Below are positions 9,469 through 19,529 of a stretch of 64,000 bases of DNA, piece after piece. The stretch is taken from the NCBI GenBank assembly GCA_009839835.1, contig VXOY01000010.1, forward strand, positions 4,025-68,024. Reading direction: 5' to 3'. Source of the DNA: Candidatus Spechtbacteria bacterium SB0662_bin_43 (GTDB lineage: Bacteria; Patescibacteriota; Minisyncoccia; Spechtbacterales; 2-12-FULL-38-22). Each line of letters opens with the position of its first letter. Position 1 is the first letter of the stretch. Position numbers and translations under genes: made by a program. The notes under the pieces were generated by a model. It saw only the letters and a program-made list of their open reading frames with translations, was not told where the DNA came from and did not search any database.

Positions 9469-10590
9469 ATGACAGGTTCGAGCGTGATACGGAGCCAGGG
9501 ACCCAAGCGCTACAATCACTTCACGGGCAGGAGCGTTTTCATCTCCACTGTGCGTGGCGGCCGACCCGACAAGAAAAAGACCAGTGTACAACATCCTGTG
9601 GTGCAACGCGATCCATTCGTTGACCCCCAGGCGTTCGGGAACGAAGATCCAGTGTTTCAGTACACCGATCCTGAAACCCAGGACTGGCTGGTGCAGATCA
9701 TTCCAAACCTGTGGCCCATTCTTTCTCTTGAACGAAAGGAACGATTCGACAGAGATGCGATTATTGGAGAAGGATTTCACGAGGTGGTGATCACAAAAGA
9801 TCCCACCTACTCCTTCGCGGACTTCTCGCAGCAATACACAGAGCTTGTGTTGAAGGCTCTTGCTATGCGGTCAAACGCGATCCTTCGTGAGTGCCCGAGC
9901 ATTAAGGAGATTTCTATCTTCCAGTGCTATGGGTTACAGGCAGGAGGCTCTCAACCCCACCCTCATCTACAGATCTTCGCTCACAACGATGTTTCACCAG
10001 AGGTGAAACATCGCGAGGAGATGATGCTTCTCTTCTGGAAGAAGCACAACATCAATGTGATTGATGCTGTGATACAGGATGCAGAAGAGGATCCAAGTCT
10101 GGTTGTCTACCGCAACAGCAGTTACGTGGTCGTTTGTTCGCACGCACCCTCAGCCGAATACGAGGTTCAGATTCTGCCAACCTACACAGAAAAGACCGCC
10201 TACACGAACCGAGGCTTGAACGCGGAAATGTTGGACGATCAGAGGAGAAGGGATCTTGCTGAGGCACTGAATGTCGCGACTCGCGCACTCAAAATCGCCC
10301 TGAATGATCCTCCGTACAACATCTTGGTTCGTTCCCTTACGAAGGGTATGGCGAACATGATTATTCCTACGGACCAGCATTTTCTCGGATGGTACATTGA
10401 CATTCGTCCCACCTACGGCTACCAGCCGTTTGGGCTCCAGCCGTTACGGGGAGACGATACAGTGACCGTCGAGCCCGAGTACGCAGCAAACGATTTGCGC
10501 CTTGCCTTAAAGCATCCTGATTTCCCAAACAGGGAACAGATGTCGTGGCAAGACCAGTACGCCAACACGATCGCGATGCTGGTTCAGTAG
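9469..10590 (+). CDS. Divergent GalT/HIT-family nucleotidyltransferase (galactose-1-phosphate uridylyltransferase-like)
   Basis: RYNHFTG..RP, IIPNLWP, GFHEVVI, AGGSQPHPHLQ (HPH nucleophile) and DPPYN. SD AGAAAGGAG. Confidence 0.8.
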   Translation: MTGSSVIRSQGPKRYNHFTGRSVFISTVRGGRPDKKKTSVQHPVVQRDPFVDPQAFGNEDPVFQYTDPETQDWLVQIIPNLWPILSLERKERFDRDAIIGEGFHEVVITKDPTYSFADFSQQYTELVLKALAMRSNAILRECPSIKEISIFQCYGLQAGGSQPHPHLQIFAHNDVSPEVKHREEMMLLFWKKHNINVIDAVIQDAEEDPSLVVYRNSSYVVVCSHAPSAEYEVQILPTYTEKTAYTNRGLNAEMLDDQRRRDLAEALNVATRALKIALNDPPYNILVRSLTKGMANMIIPTDQHFLGWYIDIRPTYGYQPFGLQPLRGDDTVTVEPEYAANDLRLALKHPDFPNREQMSWQDQYANTIAMLVQ

Positions 10591-10657
10591 AGATCCGAAC
10601 CATCCGCTGTTCAAACCTCTTGTTCGTTCGCGCCAATGATCCAGCGCGAAGATGCAC

Positions 10658-10698
10658 AGACCCCGTAGCACGCAACCAGCGTGATACGGGGTCTTATT
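10658..10698. terminator. Terminator-like hairpin between convergent genes
   Basis: AGACCCCGTA...TACGGGGTCT stem. Confidence 0.6.
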
Positions 10699-10721
10699 GA
10701 ATTACGGGTTTTTCTGTGTCT

Positions 10722-11114
10722 CTACTTTTGTTCTTTGATGTATCGCTTCTTTTGGTAGATGTACCTGAACGACAAGAATAGTAGTGGAGATCCTACTACG
10801 ATGTCTGCCACTGCTTGTGAGATAGCTCCTTGGACTCGCTTCCTATCGTTTTTCTTACAGTTTTCGTATCGTTCCTTTTGCGCTTTTTCATCCTCTTTGT
10901 CGTACGAGTCGTATACTCTGATGTACTCGTTTTCCAAGCATCGCGAATCTGCTGAAAAAACGTATGTATACATCACATTGCGCACCAAAGATATGACTCC
11001 GTATGATGTGTAAAAAAAAGATGATAAAAAGACAATAGCAAGCGCTATTGAAAAAATGGTCTTTGAGAAACTCGCCAACGTAATAGACGTTACTTTATGA
11101 TTTGAGTGCTCCAT
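10722..11114 (-). CDS. Hypothetical membrane protein (2 TM, Cys-flanked loop)
   Basis: Two hydrophobic segments flanking a charged loop bounded by Cys residues. Confidence 0.7.
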   Translation of the reverse strand: MEHSNHKVTSITLASFSKTIFSIALAIVFLSSFFYTSYGVISLVRNVMYTYVFSADSRCLENEYIRVYDSYDKEDEKAQKERYENCKKNDRKRVQGAISQAVADIVVGSPLLFLSFRYIYQKKRYIKEQK

Positions 11115-11231
11115 AGGACAATGAATAAATAATATCTTATTCTATGGTATCACAATCGAATATATATATATATATGATTTTTGTGGATAAAGACGAACGC
11201 TCGCTGTGTCAGGTGCAGACAGTGTTCCAGT

Positions 11232-12116
11232 TTATTCCGTATCAGGTATAGGTAGCATTCCTGTGAACGAGAGTTGTGCTGGACCACTCATATACACTGG
11301 TTCACTTTTGTTGTTGGTGCCATCCCATTGCATTTTTAAGTCACCACCTGGCAGCGAAACTGTTGCTTGTTTATCTGAAAGTCCACGAAGTCGCGCAGCT
11401 ACTAATACAGCGCACGCGCCAGACCCGCAGGCGAGCGTGACACCCACTCCGCGCTCCCATACCCGCATTTTGATGTGATGTGGCGATACTATGTTTGCGA
11501 CTTCAAAGTTCGTTTTGTTTGGAAAGTCAGGGTGTGTTTCTACGATTGGACCAATGTCAGTCAGCGGGAAATCGTCTATTGGCATGTCAATGAACAGTAC
11601 TGCGTGCGGGTTTCCCATTCCTATACACGCTAAGTCGTAGGTTGTATTGTTGATTTGTAGTGTATGGTGTATGTCTGGTGATGATTGAGCATTGAGAACA
11701 GGGATGGTCTCTGGGTCTAACACAACAGGCTCCATAGCAACACGTACGCTATCTACAATTGACCCAGACATATGTATCTCTACTTGCACTATACCTGAAC
11801 CAGTTTCAACCGTTATATTTCTGTTTTTTGGTTTGAAATCGGCACGCTCAATGAGATATTTAACAAAACAACGAATTCCATTACCACACATATCGCTATA
11901 TGATCCATCTGCATTTACGATAACCATATGAGCATCAGCATTATTACTATCTGCTGCAATAAGAATTCCATCTGCGCCAATACCAAAGTGACGATCGCAA
12001 ATTTTTGGTGTTATCATCGTCCAGTCTCTATTTAGAAAATGACTGTTGGAGCCCAATGCATCAATCAGTATAAAATCATTACCAATACCCTGAACTTTTG
12101 TGAATGGAATAGACAT
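11232..12116 (-). CDS. dapF: Diaminopimelate epimerase
   Basis: FTKVQGIGNDF, DRHFGIGADG, MCGNGIRC, GNPH and ERGVGVTLACGSGACA (both catalytic Cys). Confidence 0.96.
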   Translation of the reverse strand: MSIPFTKVQGIGNDFILIDALGSNSHFLNRDWTMITPKICDRHFGIGADGILIAADSNNADAHMVIVNADGSYSDMCGNGIRCFVKYLIERADFKPKNRNITVETGSGIVQVEIHMSGSIVDSVRVAMEPVVLDPETIPVLNAQSSPDIHHTLQINNTTYDLACIGMGNPHAVLFIDMPIDDFPLTDIGPIVETHPDFPNKTNFEVANIVSPHHIKMRVWERGVGVTLACGSGACAVLVAARLRGLSDKQATVSLPGGDLKMQWDGTNNKSEPVYMSGPAQLSFTGMLPIPDTE

Positions 12117-12330
12117 ACATTTATTATATCATTGAAACAGCAAAGAATGCGGAGCCATGTGTATTGGCACACCATACCAACGGAGAAGTGCTGTATTGAT
12201 TTACAAAATGCAGAAAATGTTTTATGCTGGTTGATACTGACACAAAATAGAACCAATCAGGAGATTCTTTTTGTGTCACAACAACCCATAACCAGGATGG
12301 CACGCAGCGCACATCCAAAGAGAGGATTGA

Positions 12331-12633
12331 ATGATGGGTAACTCTACATCAAAAAGGCGAGACGGTTTTGAAGCCGCCAGTCAAGAATTCAAAGATGGTG
12401 AATACCAGAAGGGTCGAGAAGCCGCTCTCAATGGTGAGGACCTGTCTGTAGATGCGAACGAATATCAGCAACAGGGCTATAAAGAAGGCGAATGGATCAA
12501 TGGTTATAAAGCCGCACGGAATGGTAAAGATTTGCCTCCAGATGCCAGCGATGCCTTTCAAAGAGGATATGAGGAGGTTGAATTTGAGTTCAATGGCGGA
12601 CATCCTCCTTCATGGCGCCCACCATCCTTTTAA
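12331..12633 (+). CDS. Small orphan protein with internal duplication; weak Rmf/CrpP-like pattern
   Basis: Two ~31-aa repeats (YQKGREAALNGEDL.../INGYKAARNGKDL...). AGAGAGGA upstream and a hairpin at ~12657-12690. Confidence 0.6.
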   Translation: MMGNSTSKRRDGFEAASQEFKDGEYQKGREAALNGEDLSVDANEYQQQGYKEGEWINGYKAARNGKDLPPDASDAFQRGYEEVEFEFNGGHPPSWRPPSF

Positions 12634-12870
12634 TCTCCACAGTGCTGTCCATAAAATGAGTGAGGTAATCTTCTGGATTGCCTCACTCACCCAAATTCTT
12701 TTGTCTTTATACGAGACTTTTTTGTTTTTAAGAAGAGCATTGTACATTTTCTTTCAAAGGTACTATTTGATTGGTATCTTGGTGGTTGCTATAATATGAG
12801 GTGTTGGTTCTTCTATTTATAATAAGGTAGACAGTGGCGATTATTCAGGGCGTATTGACATAGAAGTCAT

Positions 12871-15408
12871 ATGGCAAATTCCAAAGAAGCACAATCACGG
12901 ATAAAGATTAACAAGTTTTTAGAAGACGCAGGGTGGCGGTTTTTTGATACAGAAAAAGGTGAGGCAAACATTCGGCTTGAAGCCAGTGTAAAAATAACCC
13001 AACAAGATATTGATGAAATGGGAGAGGATTTTGAGAATACCCAAAGAGGATTTGTAGATTATTTATTGTTGGATGATAAGGGATTTCCTTTTGTTGTCTT
13101 GGAAGCAAAGAGAGAAGGTAAAAATCCATTAGATGGTAAAGAACAAGCACGTAGGTACGCCCAGTCGCAGAATGCCAGGTTTGTTTTACTATCAAATGGC
13201 AATACGCATTACTTTTGGGATTTGGAAAGCGGTAACCCAGAAGTTATTATAGAGTTTCCAAAACAAGAATCATTGTTGCATCGTTCAGGGTTTCAGCCAG
13301 ATAACCAACGGCTATCCAGTGAAAGCGTTAAAGAGGATTATATTGCTTTGACGCAAAATCCAAACTATAAAGAGGATCCTCGTTATCGGGACAAAAGCAC
13401 AAGGGAAGAATATCTCTCTCAGGAGGACTTACGAATTTTACGTCCCTATCAACTCAGAGCAATTCATGCATTACAAAAGAGTGCTGGTGAAGGTAGTACC
13501 AGGTTTCTCTTTGAGATGGCAACAGGTACAGGGAAAACTCTTGTGGCAGGTGCGGTTATAAAACTTTTTTTGAGAACAGGCAACGCGAAACGAATTTTGT
13601 TTTTGGTTGATAGAGTAGAATTAAAAAATCAGGCGTATGATAATTTTAATACTTACTTAAAGAACGATTGCACATCTGTTATTTATAAAAACAACAGAGA
13701 CGACTGGCAGAAGGCAGAGATAGTCATCTCAACTGTTCAGAGTCTTGCTTCTCAAGATAAGTATAAGAAGTTTTCGCCAACTGACTTTGGCTTGGTGATT
13801 TCTGATGAGGCACACCGCTCAATTGGAGGGAGTAATGGGAATTATAGGGCAGTGTTTGAGTATTTTGTCGGATATAAGTTGGGACTCACCGCAACACCAA
13901 AAGATTACTTGAAAAATGTTGATTCACAAAAATTACCTCAAAAAGACCCTCGTGCGTGGGAACGTAGGCAGCTTTTGGATACCTATACGACTTTCGGTTG
14001 TCCAAGCGGTGAACCAACATTTCGTTACACACTAATCAGTGGTGTGAAAGATGAATATCTTATCAATCCTATTGCTGTTGATGCACGAACAGAAATAACC
14101 ACTCAGTTACTTTCAGAAAAGGGCTATGCTATTATTGCTGAGAATGATGAAGGAGAAAAAGAGGAAGGAGTGTTTTTTCATAAAGATTTTGAGAAAAAGT
14201 TTTTCTCAGATAATACTAATAAAGCATTCTGTGGGACGATTATTAAAAATGCTCTGCGAGATCCTATCAGCAGAGAAATTGGCAAGACCATTGTGTTTTG
14301 TGTTAGACAGAGCCACGCTTCTAAGATTACACAGATATTGAATCAAATGGCGGACAAAGTGTGGCCTGGCAAATACAACTCTGACTTTGCGGTACAGGTC
14401 ACATCAAATGTTCCTGATGCTCAACAAATGACGATGAATTTCGCAAACAATAATCTTACAGGACGCACCAATTTTCTCCCTGGTTATAAGTCAAGCAAGA
14501 CAAGAGTATGTGTAACAGTCGGGATGATGACAACAGGATATGACTGCAAGGATATTTTAAATCTTGCGTTGCTTCGTCCTATTTTTTCTCCAACAGACTT
14601 TGTGCAGATTAAGGGACGAGGTACCCGTAAGTTTACCTTCGGGTACAAAAATGAAGATGGGGAAGAGATAAAGAAAGAAAAAGATACATTCAAGATGTTT
14701 GATTTCTTTGCGAACTGTGAGTATTTTGAGGAAAAGTTTGATTATGATGAGGCACTCCAATTGTCAGTTGCACAGAGGAATGGCAGTAGTTTTTCTGCGG
14801 ATGATTTCAGCATCCAAAGTACGATGGACGAGGCAACTACTTATGCTCCTGATACTGTTACTCGGTACAAAGAAAAGCAGATTAGCAGTGCAGGGATGAA
14901 AGTAGATCGTAAATTATTTGAAAAAGCCAAAGAAGAAATTGGAAAGGATAAAGATATTCAAGATGCTGTTATGCAAGAACAGTGGGACAAGGCAATCAAT
15001 ATCACTGTGCATAAGTATCAAGATAAGCCTGAGCTCTATATCAATCTTGATAAACTTCGTCGTAGCGAGAGCTTAGATAGACGATTGACGTGGCGTGAGG
15101 TATTAGAGCGAGTATTTGGATTTGTTGATACCTTTCCATCAAAAGATGAAAAATTAGAGGAAGAATGCGAGAAGTTTATCTCTATTGATAAGCCCAAGAG
15201 TAAGTATGTACCATATATTAAGAATTTTATTAAGGCATACCTTACAGATGAAAGGTTTCATGCAATTATTGAAAACAGAAACTATGGAGAGCTCAATAAC
15301 TACGCGGGTTTTCCAATGTCAGATTTTAAGGCATTAGGAGAAGATTTACGCAAGAAATTACCCGAATACATAAAAGATTATATACCCATCAATCAATATA
15401 AGGAATAA
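12871..15408 (+). CDS. hsdR: Type I restriction endonuclease subunit R
   Basis: Nuclease motif VDYLL...VVLEAK, Walker A MATGTGKT, DEAH, GLTATP and QIKGRGTR. Confidence 0.92.
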   Translation: MANSKEAQSRIKINKFLEDAGWRFFDTEKGEANIRLEASVKITQQDIDEMGEDFENTQRGFVDYLLLDDKGFPFVVLEAKREGKNPLDGKEQARRYAQSQNARFVLLSNGNTHYFWDLESGNPEVIIEFPKQESLLHRSGFQPDNQRLSSESVKEDYIALTQNPNYKEDPRYRDKSTREEYLSQEDLRILRPYQLRAIHALQKSAGEGSTRFLFEMATGTGKTLVAGAVIKLFLRTGNAKRILFLVDRVELKNQAYDNFNTYLKNDCTSVIYKNNRDDWQKAEIVISTVQSLASQDKYKKFSPTDFGLVISDEAHRSIGGSNGNYRAVFEYFVGYKLGLTATPKDYLKNVDSQKLPQKDPRAWERRQLLDTYTTFGCPSGEPTFRYTLISGVKDEYLINPIAVDARTEITTQLLSEKGYAIIAENDEGEKEEGVFFHKDFEKKFFSDNTNKAFCGTIIKNALRDPISREIGKTIVFCVRQSHASKITQILNQMADKVWPGKYNSDFAVQVTSNVPDAQQMTMNFANNNLTGRTNFLPGYKSSKTRVCVTVGMMTTGYDCKDILNLALLRPIFSPTDFVQIKGRGTRKFTFGYKNEDGEEIKKEKDTFKMFDFFANCEYFEEKFDYDEALQLSVAQRNGSSFSADDFSIQSTMDEATTYAPDTVTRYKEKQISSAGMKVDRKLFEKAKEEIGKDKDIQDAVMQEQWDKAINITVHKYQDKPELYINLDKLRRSESLDRRLTWREVLERVFGFVDTFPSKDEKLEEECEKFISIDKPKSKYVPYIKNFIKAYLTDERFHAIIENRNYGELNNYAGFPMSDFKALGEDLRKKLPEYIKDYIPINQYKE

Positions 15409-15413
15409 TAAAG

Positions 15414-15487
15414 TTAGTTTACATCTCTTGACGAGATATAAACTAAATCGCATTTTAGTTTATATCTATAGGTAAGATGTAAACTAA
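15414..15487. repeat. Two adjacent 13-7-13 imperfect palindromes
   Basis: TTAGTTTACATCT-N7-AGATATAAACTAA and TTAGTTTATATCT-N7-AGATGTAAACTAA, 8 bp apart. Extra half-site at 15558-15568. Confidence 0.85.
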
Positions 15488-15597
15488 AATAAAAGATAGT
15501 TTTTGTTGACTGATGAAATCTGAGTTAGGTCGCGATTTAATGTATAGTGATAGGCGTGATATAAACTATTGTCCAAAAATATGCCATAATAAATAGC

Positions 15598-17031
15598 ATG
15601 GATGATATCGTGAATACAATTCTGAATATCCCAGAAGAGACACAAACCATTGAGTTTAAACGTTTAGCTGGCGATAAAGTTGTTCGTAAGATTTTGCAGA
15701 CTATCGTTGCTATGGCAAATACTGATGGCGGAACGATTATCTTAGGCGTTGATGACCCAGAGAAGACAGCATTGAAGGGATGTGATAGGATTTTCGGAGT
15801 TGAAGAGGATAAGGTTTTGCTTGATGAGATTTTGAAAGAGCAGTCAAAAATTAATCCACAACTTCAAGGTATTCAGTTTCGCCATATCAAGGCACAAGGT
15901 GATAAAACAATTGTTTTGATAACAGTTGAAAAATCTAAAGAATCATTAGTCTCATTGAGTAATGATGTTTTTACTCGTCTCAATAAAAGTAATAAAAAAT
16001 TAAACCCACAAGAAATTGTAAAGTGGAGTTATACCAAAGGATTTATAAAGGCGGATAAAGAATTGGTGGATGTGGATTTTGAACTTTTACAGACAAAATA
16101 TTTTGATGTCTGGTGCGGTGCAATGGGTATCTCTGGAGGAACCATCCAAAGCATTTTATCTCAGGCTGGTTTGGCAAAAAAAGGTCAGGAAGAAATCTTG
16201 CGACCAACAAGAGCAGCCGTTCTACTTTTCGCCGAACATCCTACTTACCTAATGGAAATACATTGTACTGTGCGAGTTATACAACTCCGAGGCACATTAG
16301 AACGATTTGAGACTGTTCCTAATTATGTTAGTAAGCCAAAAACTATTGGTGGTCCAATCATAGAAGTAATTCGTAATTCTCACGAGTATGTTTTGAGTTT
16401 ATTGGGGGCAGGTATAGAAATTCATTCTGGTTTTGTTAATACTTTTAAGATTCCCGAACGAGCAGTGAAAGAGGCTATTACGAATGCTGTCATACATCGT
16501 GATTACCGTATTCAAAGAGATGTTGAGATTCGTGTTTTTGAAGATAGAGTTGAGGTATTAAGTCCTGGGCTATTTACTTATAATATAACTGCGAATAATA
16601 TAGGGTTCGTGCGTGCAGATGGTGAGAGGAATGATTTGCTGGTCAAACATCTGCGAGAATTTCCTAATCCACCGAATTTAAACTTCAATGAAGGCGTTCG
16701 TGCAATGAGGGCGGAAATGGATAAGCAAAATTTATACCCTCCGATTTTTATGACATACCCTACATACCCTGACTCTGTGAACGTTATTCTCCTGAACGAA
16801 GAAAGACCGACAGAGTGGGAAAAGGTAAGACTATACCTATCAAGAAATAGGTATATTGATAATAAAACAGCAAGAAACATAACAGGGGTTGTACAAATGC
16901 ATGATATGTCACGTATGCTCAAGAGATGGACAGAGCAAGGATTTTTGGTAAAAATTGATGCCGAGTCTAAGTATTTTAAGGGTACAAAATATAAATTAGC
17001 AAATATTGATGAGATGGGTATAGAGCAGTGA
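15598..17031 (+). CDS. AlbA_2 (Schlafen-like) + HATPase_c_4 + wHTH protein
   Basis: ETQTIEFK and AMANTDGGTIILGVDD; EAITNAVIHRDY and RVEVLSPG; C-terminal HTH-like region. Confidence 0.85.
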   Translation: MDDIVNTILNIPEETQTIEFKRLAGDKVVRKILQTIVAMANTDGGTIILGVDDPEKTALKGCDRIFGVEEDKVLLDEILKEQSKINPQLQGIQFRHIKAQGDKTIVLITVEKSKESLVSLSNDVFTRLNKSNKKLNPQEIVKWSYTKGFIKADKELVDVDFELLQTKYFDVWCGAMGISGGTIQSILSQAGLAKKGQEEILRPTRAAVLLFAEHPTYLMEIHCTVRVIQLRGTLERFETVPNYVSKPKTIGGPIIEVIRNSHEYVLSLLGAGIEIHSGFVNTFKIPERAVKEAITNAVIHRDYRIQRDVEIRVFEDRVEVLSPGLFTYNITANNIGFVRADGERNDLLVKHLREFPNPPNLNFNEGVRAMRAEMDKQNLYPPIFMTYPTYPDSVNVILLNEERPTEWEKVRLYLSRNRYIDNKTARNITGVVQMHDMSRMLKRWTEQGFLVKIDAESKYFKGTKYKLANIDEMGIEQ

Positions 17032-17032
17032 G

Positions 17033-17066
17033 AGTTTTACTTGCAAACCCAAATGCAAGTAAAACT
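17033..17066. repeat. Perfect 13-8-13 palindrome upstream of hsdM-S
   Basis: AGTTTTACTTGCA-AACCCAAA-TGCAAGTAAAACT. Extra half-site TTTACTTGCAAA at 17100-17111. Confidence 0.85.
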
Positions 17067-17127
17067 TAAAACCCCATTAAATAGGCAAAAAACAGCATCT
17101 TTACTTGCAAATCACTCAAAATTCACT

Positions 17128-19512
17128 ATGTTAGATGCAGAAACAAAACGACACATTGATGCAGCAAGGCAAGTTCTTGTTGGTAAGGTGCCAGACCCAA
17201 AGGCGCAAGTAGACCAAATTACCACAGCCTTGATTTACAAGTTTATGGACGATATGGACAAAGAGTCGCAGGAGCTTGGTGGTAAGGCACAATTTTTCTC
17301 TGGGGATTTTAGTCAATATTCGTGGACGAAGATTTTAGATAGTAAATTATCTGGACAAGAGCGATTCAATTTGTATAATGAAGCAATTAAGAAGATGCCT
17401 CGCAATGAAAATATACCCCAACTTTTCAGAGATATTTTCAAAGATGCACTTCTACCATATCGCGATTCTGCAACTCTTTCACTGTTCTTGAAAGAGATTG
17501 ATAATTTTACATACGATCATAGCGAGAATCTGGGCGATGCATTTGAATATCTACTCTCTATACTTGGCTCGCAAGGGGACGCAGGTCAATTCCGCACACC
17601 TCGTCATATTATTGATTTTATTGTTGATGTTGTAGATCCAAAAAAGAATGAGACTATTTTGGATCCTGCGTGTGGAACAGCAGGCTTTCTTATATCCGCG
17701 TACAAGCATATTGTTGAAAATAATGATGGCAAGGATAATAAAACAGGAGAATTAACAGATAAAGAAACAACCTTAACACCAGACGAAAAACAGCGACTGG
17801 TCAAGAACGTTGTAGGGTATGATATTTCGCCCGATATGGTGAAGCTATCGTTGGTGAATATGTATCTTCATAAGTTTACCAGTCCGCAGATCTTTGAGTA
17901 CGATACTCTTACCAGCGAATCAAGATGGGATGATCAATTTGATGTAATCCTGGCTAATCCACCATTTATGACACCAAAAGGTGGTATTCGTCCACACAAG
18001 CGATTTTCCGTTCAAGCGAGTCGTTCCGAAGTACTTTTCGTGGATTACATTTTGGAGCATCTTAACTTAAAAGGACGTGCAGGTATTATTGTGCCTGAAG
18101 GGATTATATTCAAAGCAGATAAAGCATATAAATCACTCCGTAAGAAATTGATAGATGATGGATTGGTTGCTGTCGTGAGTTTACCTGCAGGCGTGTTTAA
18201 ACCATACTCAGGCGTAAAAACATCAGTTTTATTTTTTGATAATCAGGTTGCAAAAACAACAGATGAATTATTGTTTATAAAAATAGAAAATGATGGGTAT
18301 GAACTTGGAGACCAGAGGAGAAAAATCAAGGAGAATGATTTACCCGAAGCACTGGAAGTATTACAGCAATGGAAGCAGGGTAAGAAGAAAGAAAGCGAAC
18401 TTGCTTTATGGGTGAAGAAAGAAAAAATCGCAAAAAGCGAGGATTATAGCTTGGTAGGCGATAGATATGGAGAAGTAAAAGAAAACAAAAAGCAAAAATA
18501 TCCAATGGTGGAACTGGGAGAGGTTTGTGGTTTTCAGCGTGGCACAATGATTACGAAGAATATGACAGAAGAAGGCGATGTTCCTGTAATTGCGAGCTCT
18601 AAACGACCTTCGTACTACCACAATCAATCTAATAGACAGCCGCCTACGATTACAATATCATCATCTGGTGATGCTGGTTTTGTCAATTTTTTTGAGATTC
18701 CTATATTTGCATCTGACTGTTTTACGGTAGAACCCTTAGATAAAGATCAAATCAATATCTATTTTCTTTACTCTATACTAAAATCAAAACAAGAGTGTAT
18801 CTATAAACTGCAGAAAGGGGTAGCGCAGAAACATGTGTATCCAAAGGATATATCAACAATCAAGATTCCTCTTCCGCCACTTAAAATTCAACAACAAATC
18901 GTGGAAGAGATTGAAGTAAAGCAAAATGCCATCAATCATGCTCAAGAAATCATCAAAAATCTAGAGAGAGAGAGATTGTATTTTGGTAACGAAATTAGAA
19001 AACTAAAAAATGTAAAATGGGTTGAATTGGGTGAGGTGGTACAGACGATTGTTCCACCAAAAAAGATTAAAAAGAGAGATTTTGCACAAGTGGGAGATTA
19101 TCCAATTATAGATCAGTCACAGAGTCAGATTGCTGGGTGGAGTAGTGATGAATCTGCGGTTGTTAAAATTCAAAATCCTGTGGTAATATTTGGCGATCAC
19201 ACGTGCGCTATAAAATACGCTGATAGGCCGTTTATTCAAGGTGCTGATGGTTGTAAAATACTAGAGGTGTGTAGTAATTTGATGCCTAAATTTTTATTTT
19301 TCTATTTAAAAAATCACCCTATTCAAAAAGAAGGGTATAAGCGCAATTTCACTAGACTCAGGTTACTCAAAGTTCCTCTCCTGTCACATGAAATTCAAAA
19401 ACAACTCGTCGCAGAAGCAGAAAAAGAAGAAGCAATAATCAAAGCAAACCAAACCCTTATTAAAATAATGGAAGATAAGATTGATAAGGTTTTGCGGGAG
19501 GTAGGCAAGTAG
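17128..19512 (+). CDS. Fused type I N6-adenine methyltransferase / specificity subunit (HsdM-HsdS)
   Basis: GQFRTPRHI, LDPACGTAGFL and ILANPPF, then two TRD units (VELGEVC...IPLPPLKIQQQIV; VELGEVV...VPLLSHEIQKQLV). Start moved to MLDAETK. Confidence 0.92.
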   Translation: MLDAETKRHIDAARQVLVGKVPDPKAQVDQITTALIYKFMDDMDKESQELGGKAQFFSGDFSQYSWTKILDSKLSGQERFNLYNEAIKKMPRNENIPQLFRDIFKDALLPYRDSATLSLFLKEIDNFTYDHSENLGDAFEYLLSILGSQGDAGQFRTPRHIIDFIVDVVDPKKNETILDPACGTAGFLISAYKHIVENNDGKDNKTGELTDKETTLTPDEKQRLVKNVVGYDISPDMVKLSLVNMYLHKFTSPQIFEYDTLTSESRWDDQFDVILANPPFMTPKGGIRPHKRFSVQASRSEVLFVDYILEHLNLKGRAGIIVPEGIIFKADKAYKSLRKKLIDDGLVAVVSLPAGVFKPYSGVKTSVLFFDNQVAKTTDELLFIKIENDGYELGDQRRKIKENDLPEALEVLQQWKQGKKKESELALWVKKEKIAKSEDYSLVGDRYGEVKENKKQKYPMVELGEVCGFQRGTMITKNMTEEGDVPVIASSKRPSYYHNQSNRQPPTITISSSGDAGFVNFFEIPIFASDCFTVEPLDKDQINIYFLYSILKSKQECIYKLQKGVAQKHVYPKDISTIKIPLPPLKIQQQIVEEIEVKQNAINHAQEIIKNLERERLYFGNEIRKLKNVKWVELGEVVQTIVPPKKIKKRDFAQVGDYPIIDQSQSQIAGWSSDESAVVKIQNPVVIFGDHTCAIKYADRPFIQGADGCKILEVCSNLMPKFLFFYLKNHPIQKEGYKRNFTRLRLLKVPLLSHEIQKQLVAEAEKEEAIIKANQTLIKIMEDKIDKVLREVGK

Positions 19513-19529
19513 TGGCAGGATGATTATTT

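Noticed and set aside
11161-11190. (TA)n run plus DnaA box as a replication origin
   Set aside because: Single box, no cluster, and no dnaA/dnaN context.
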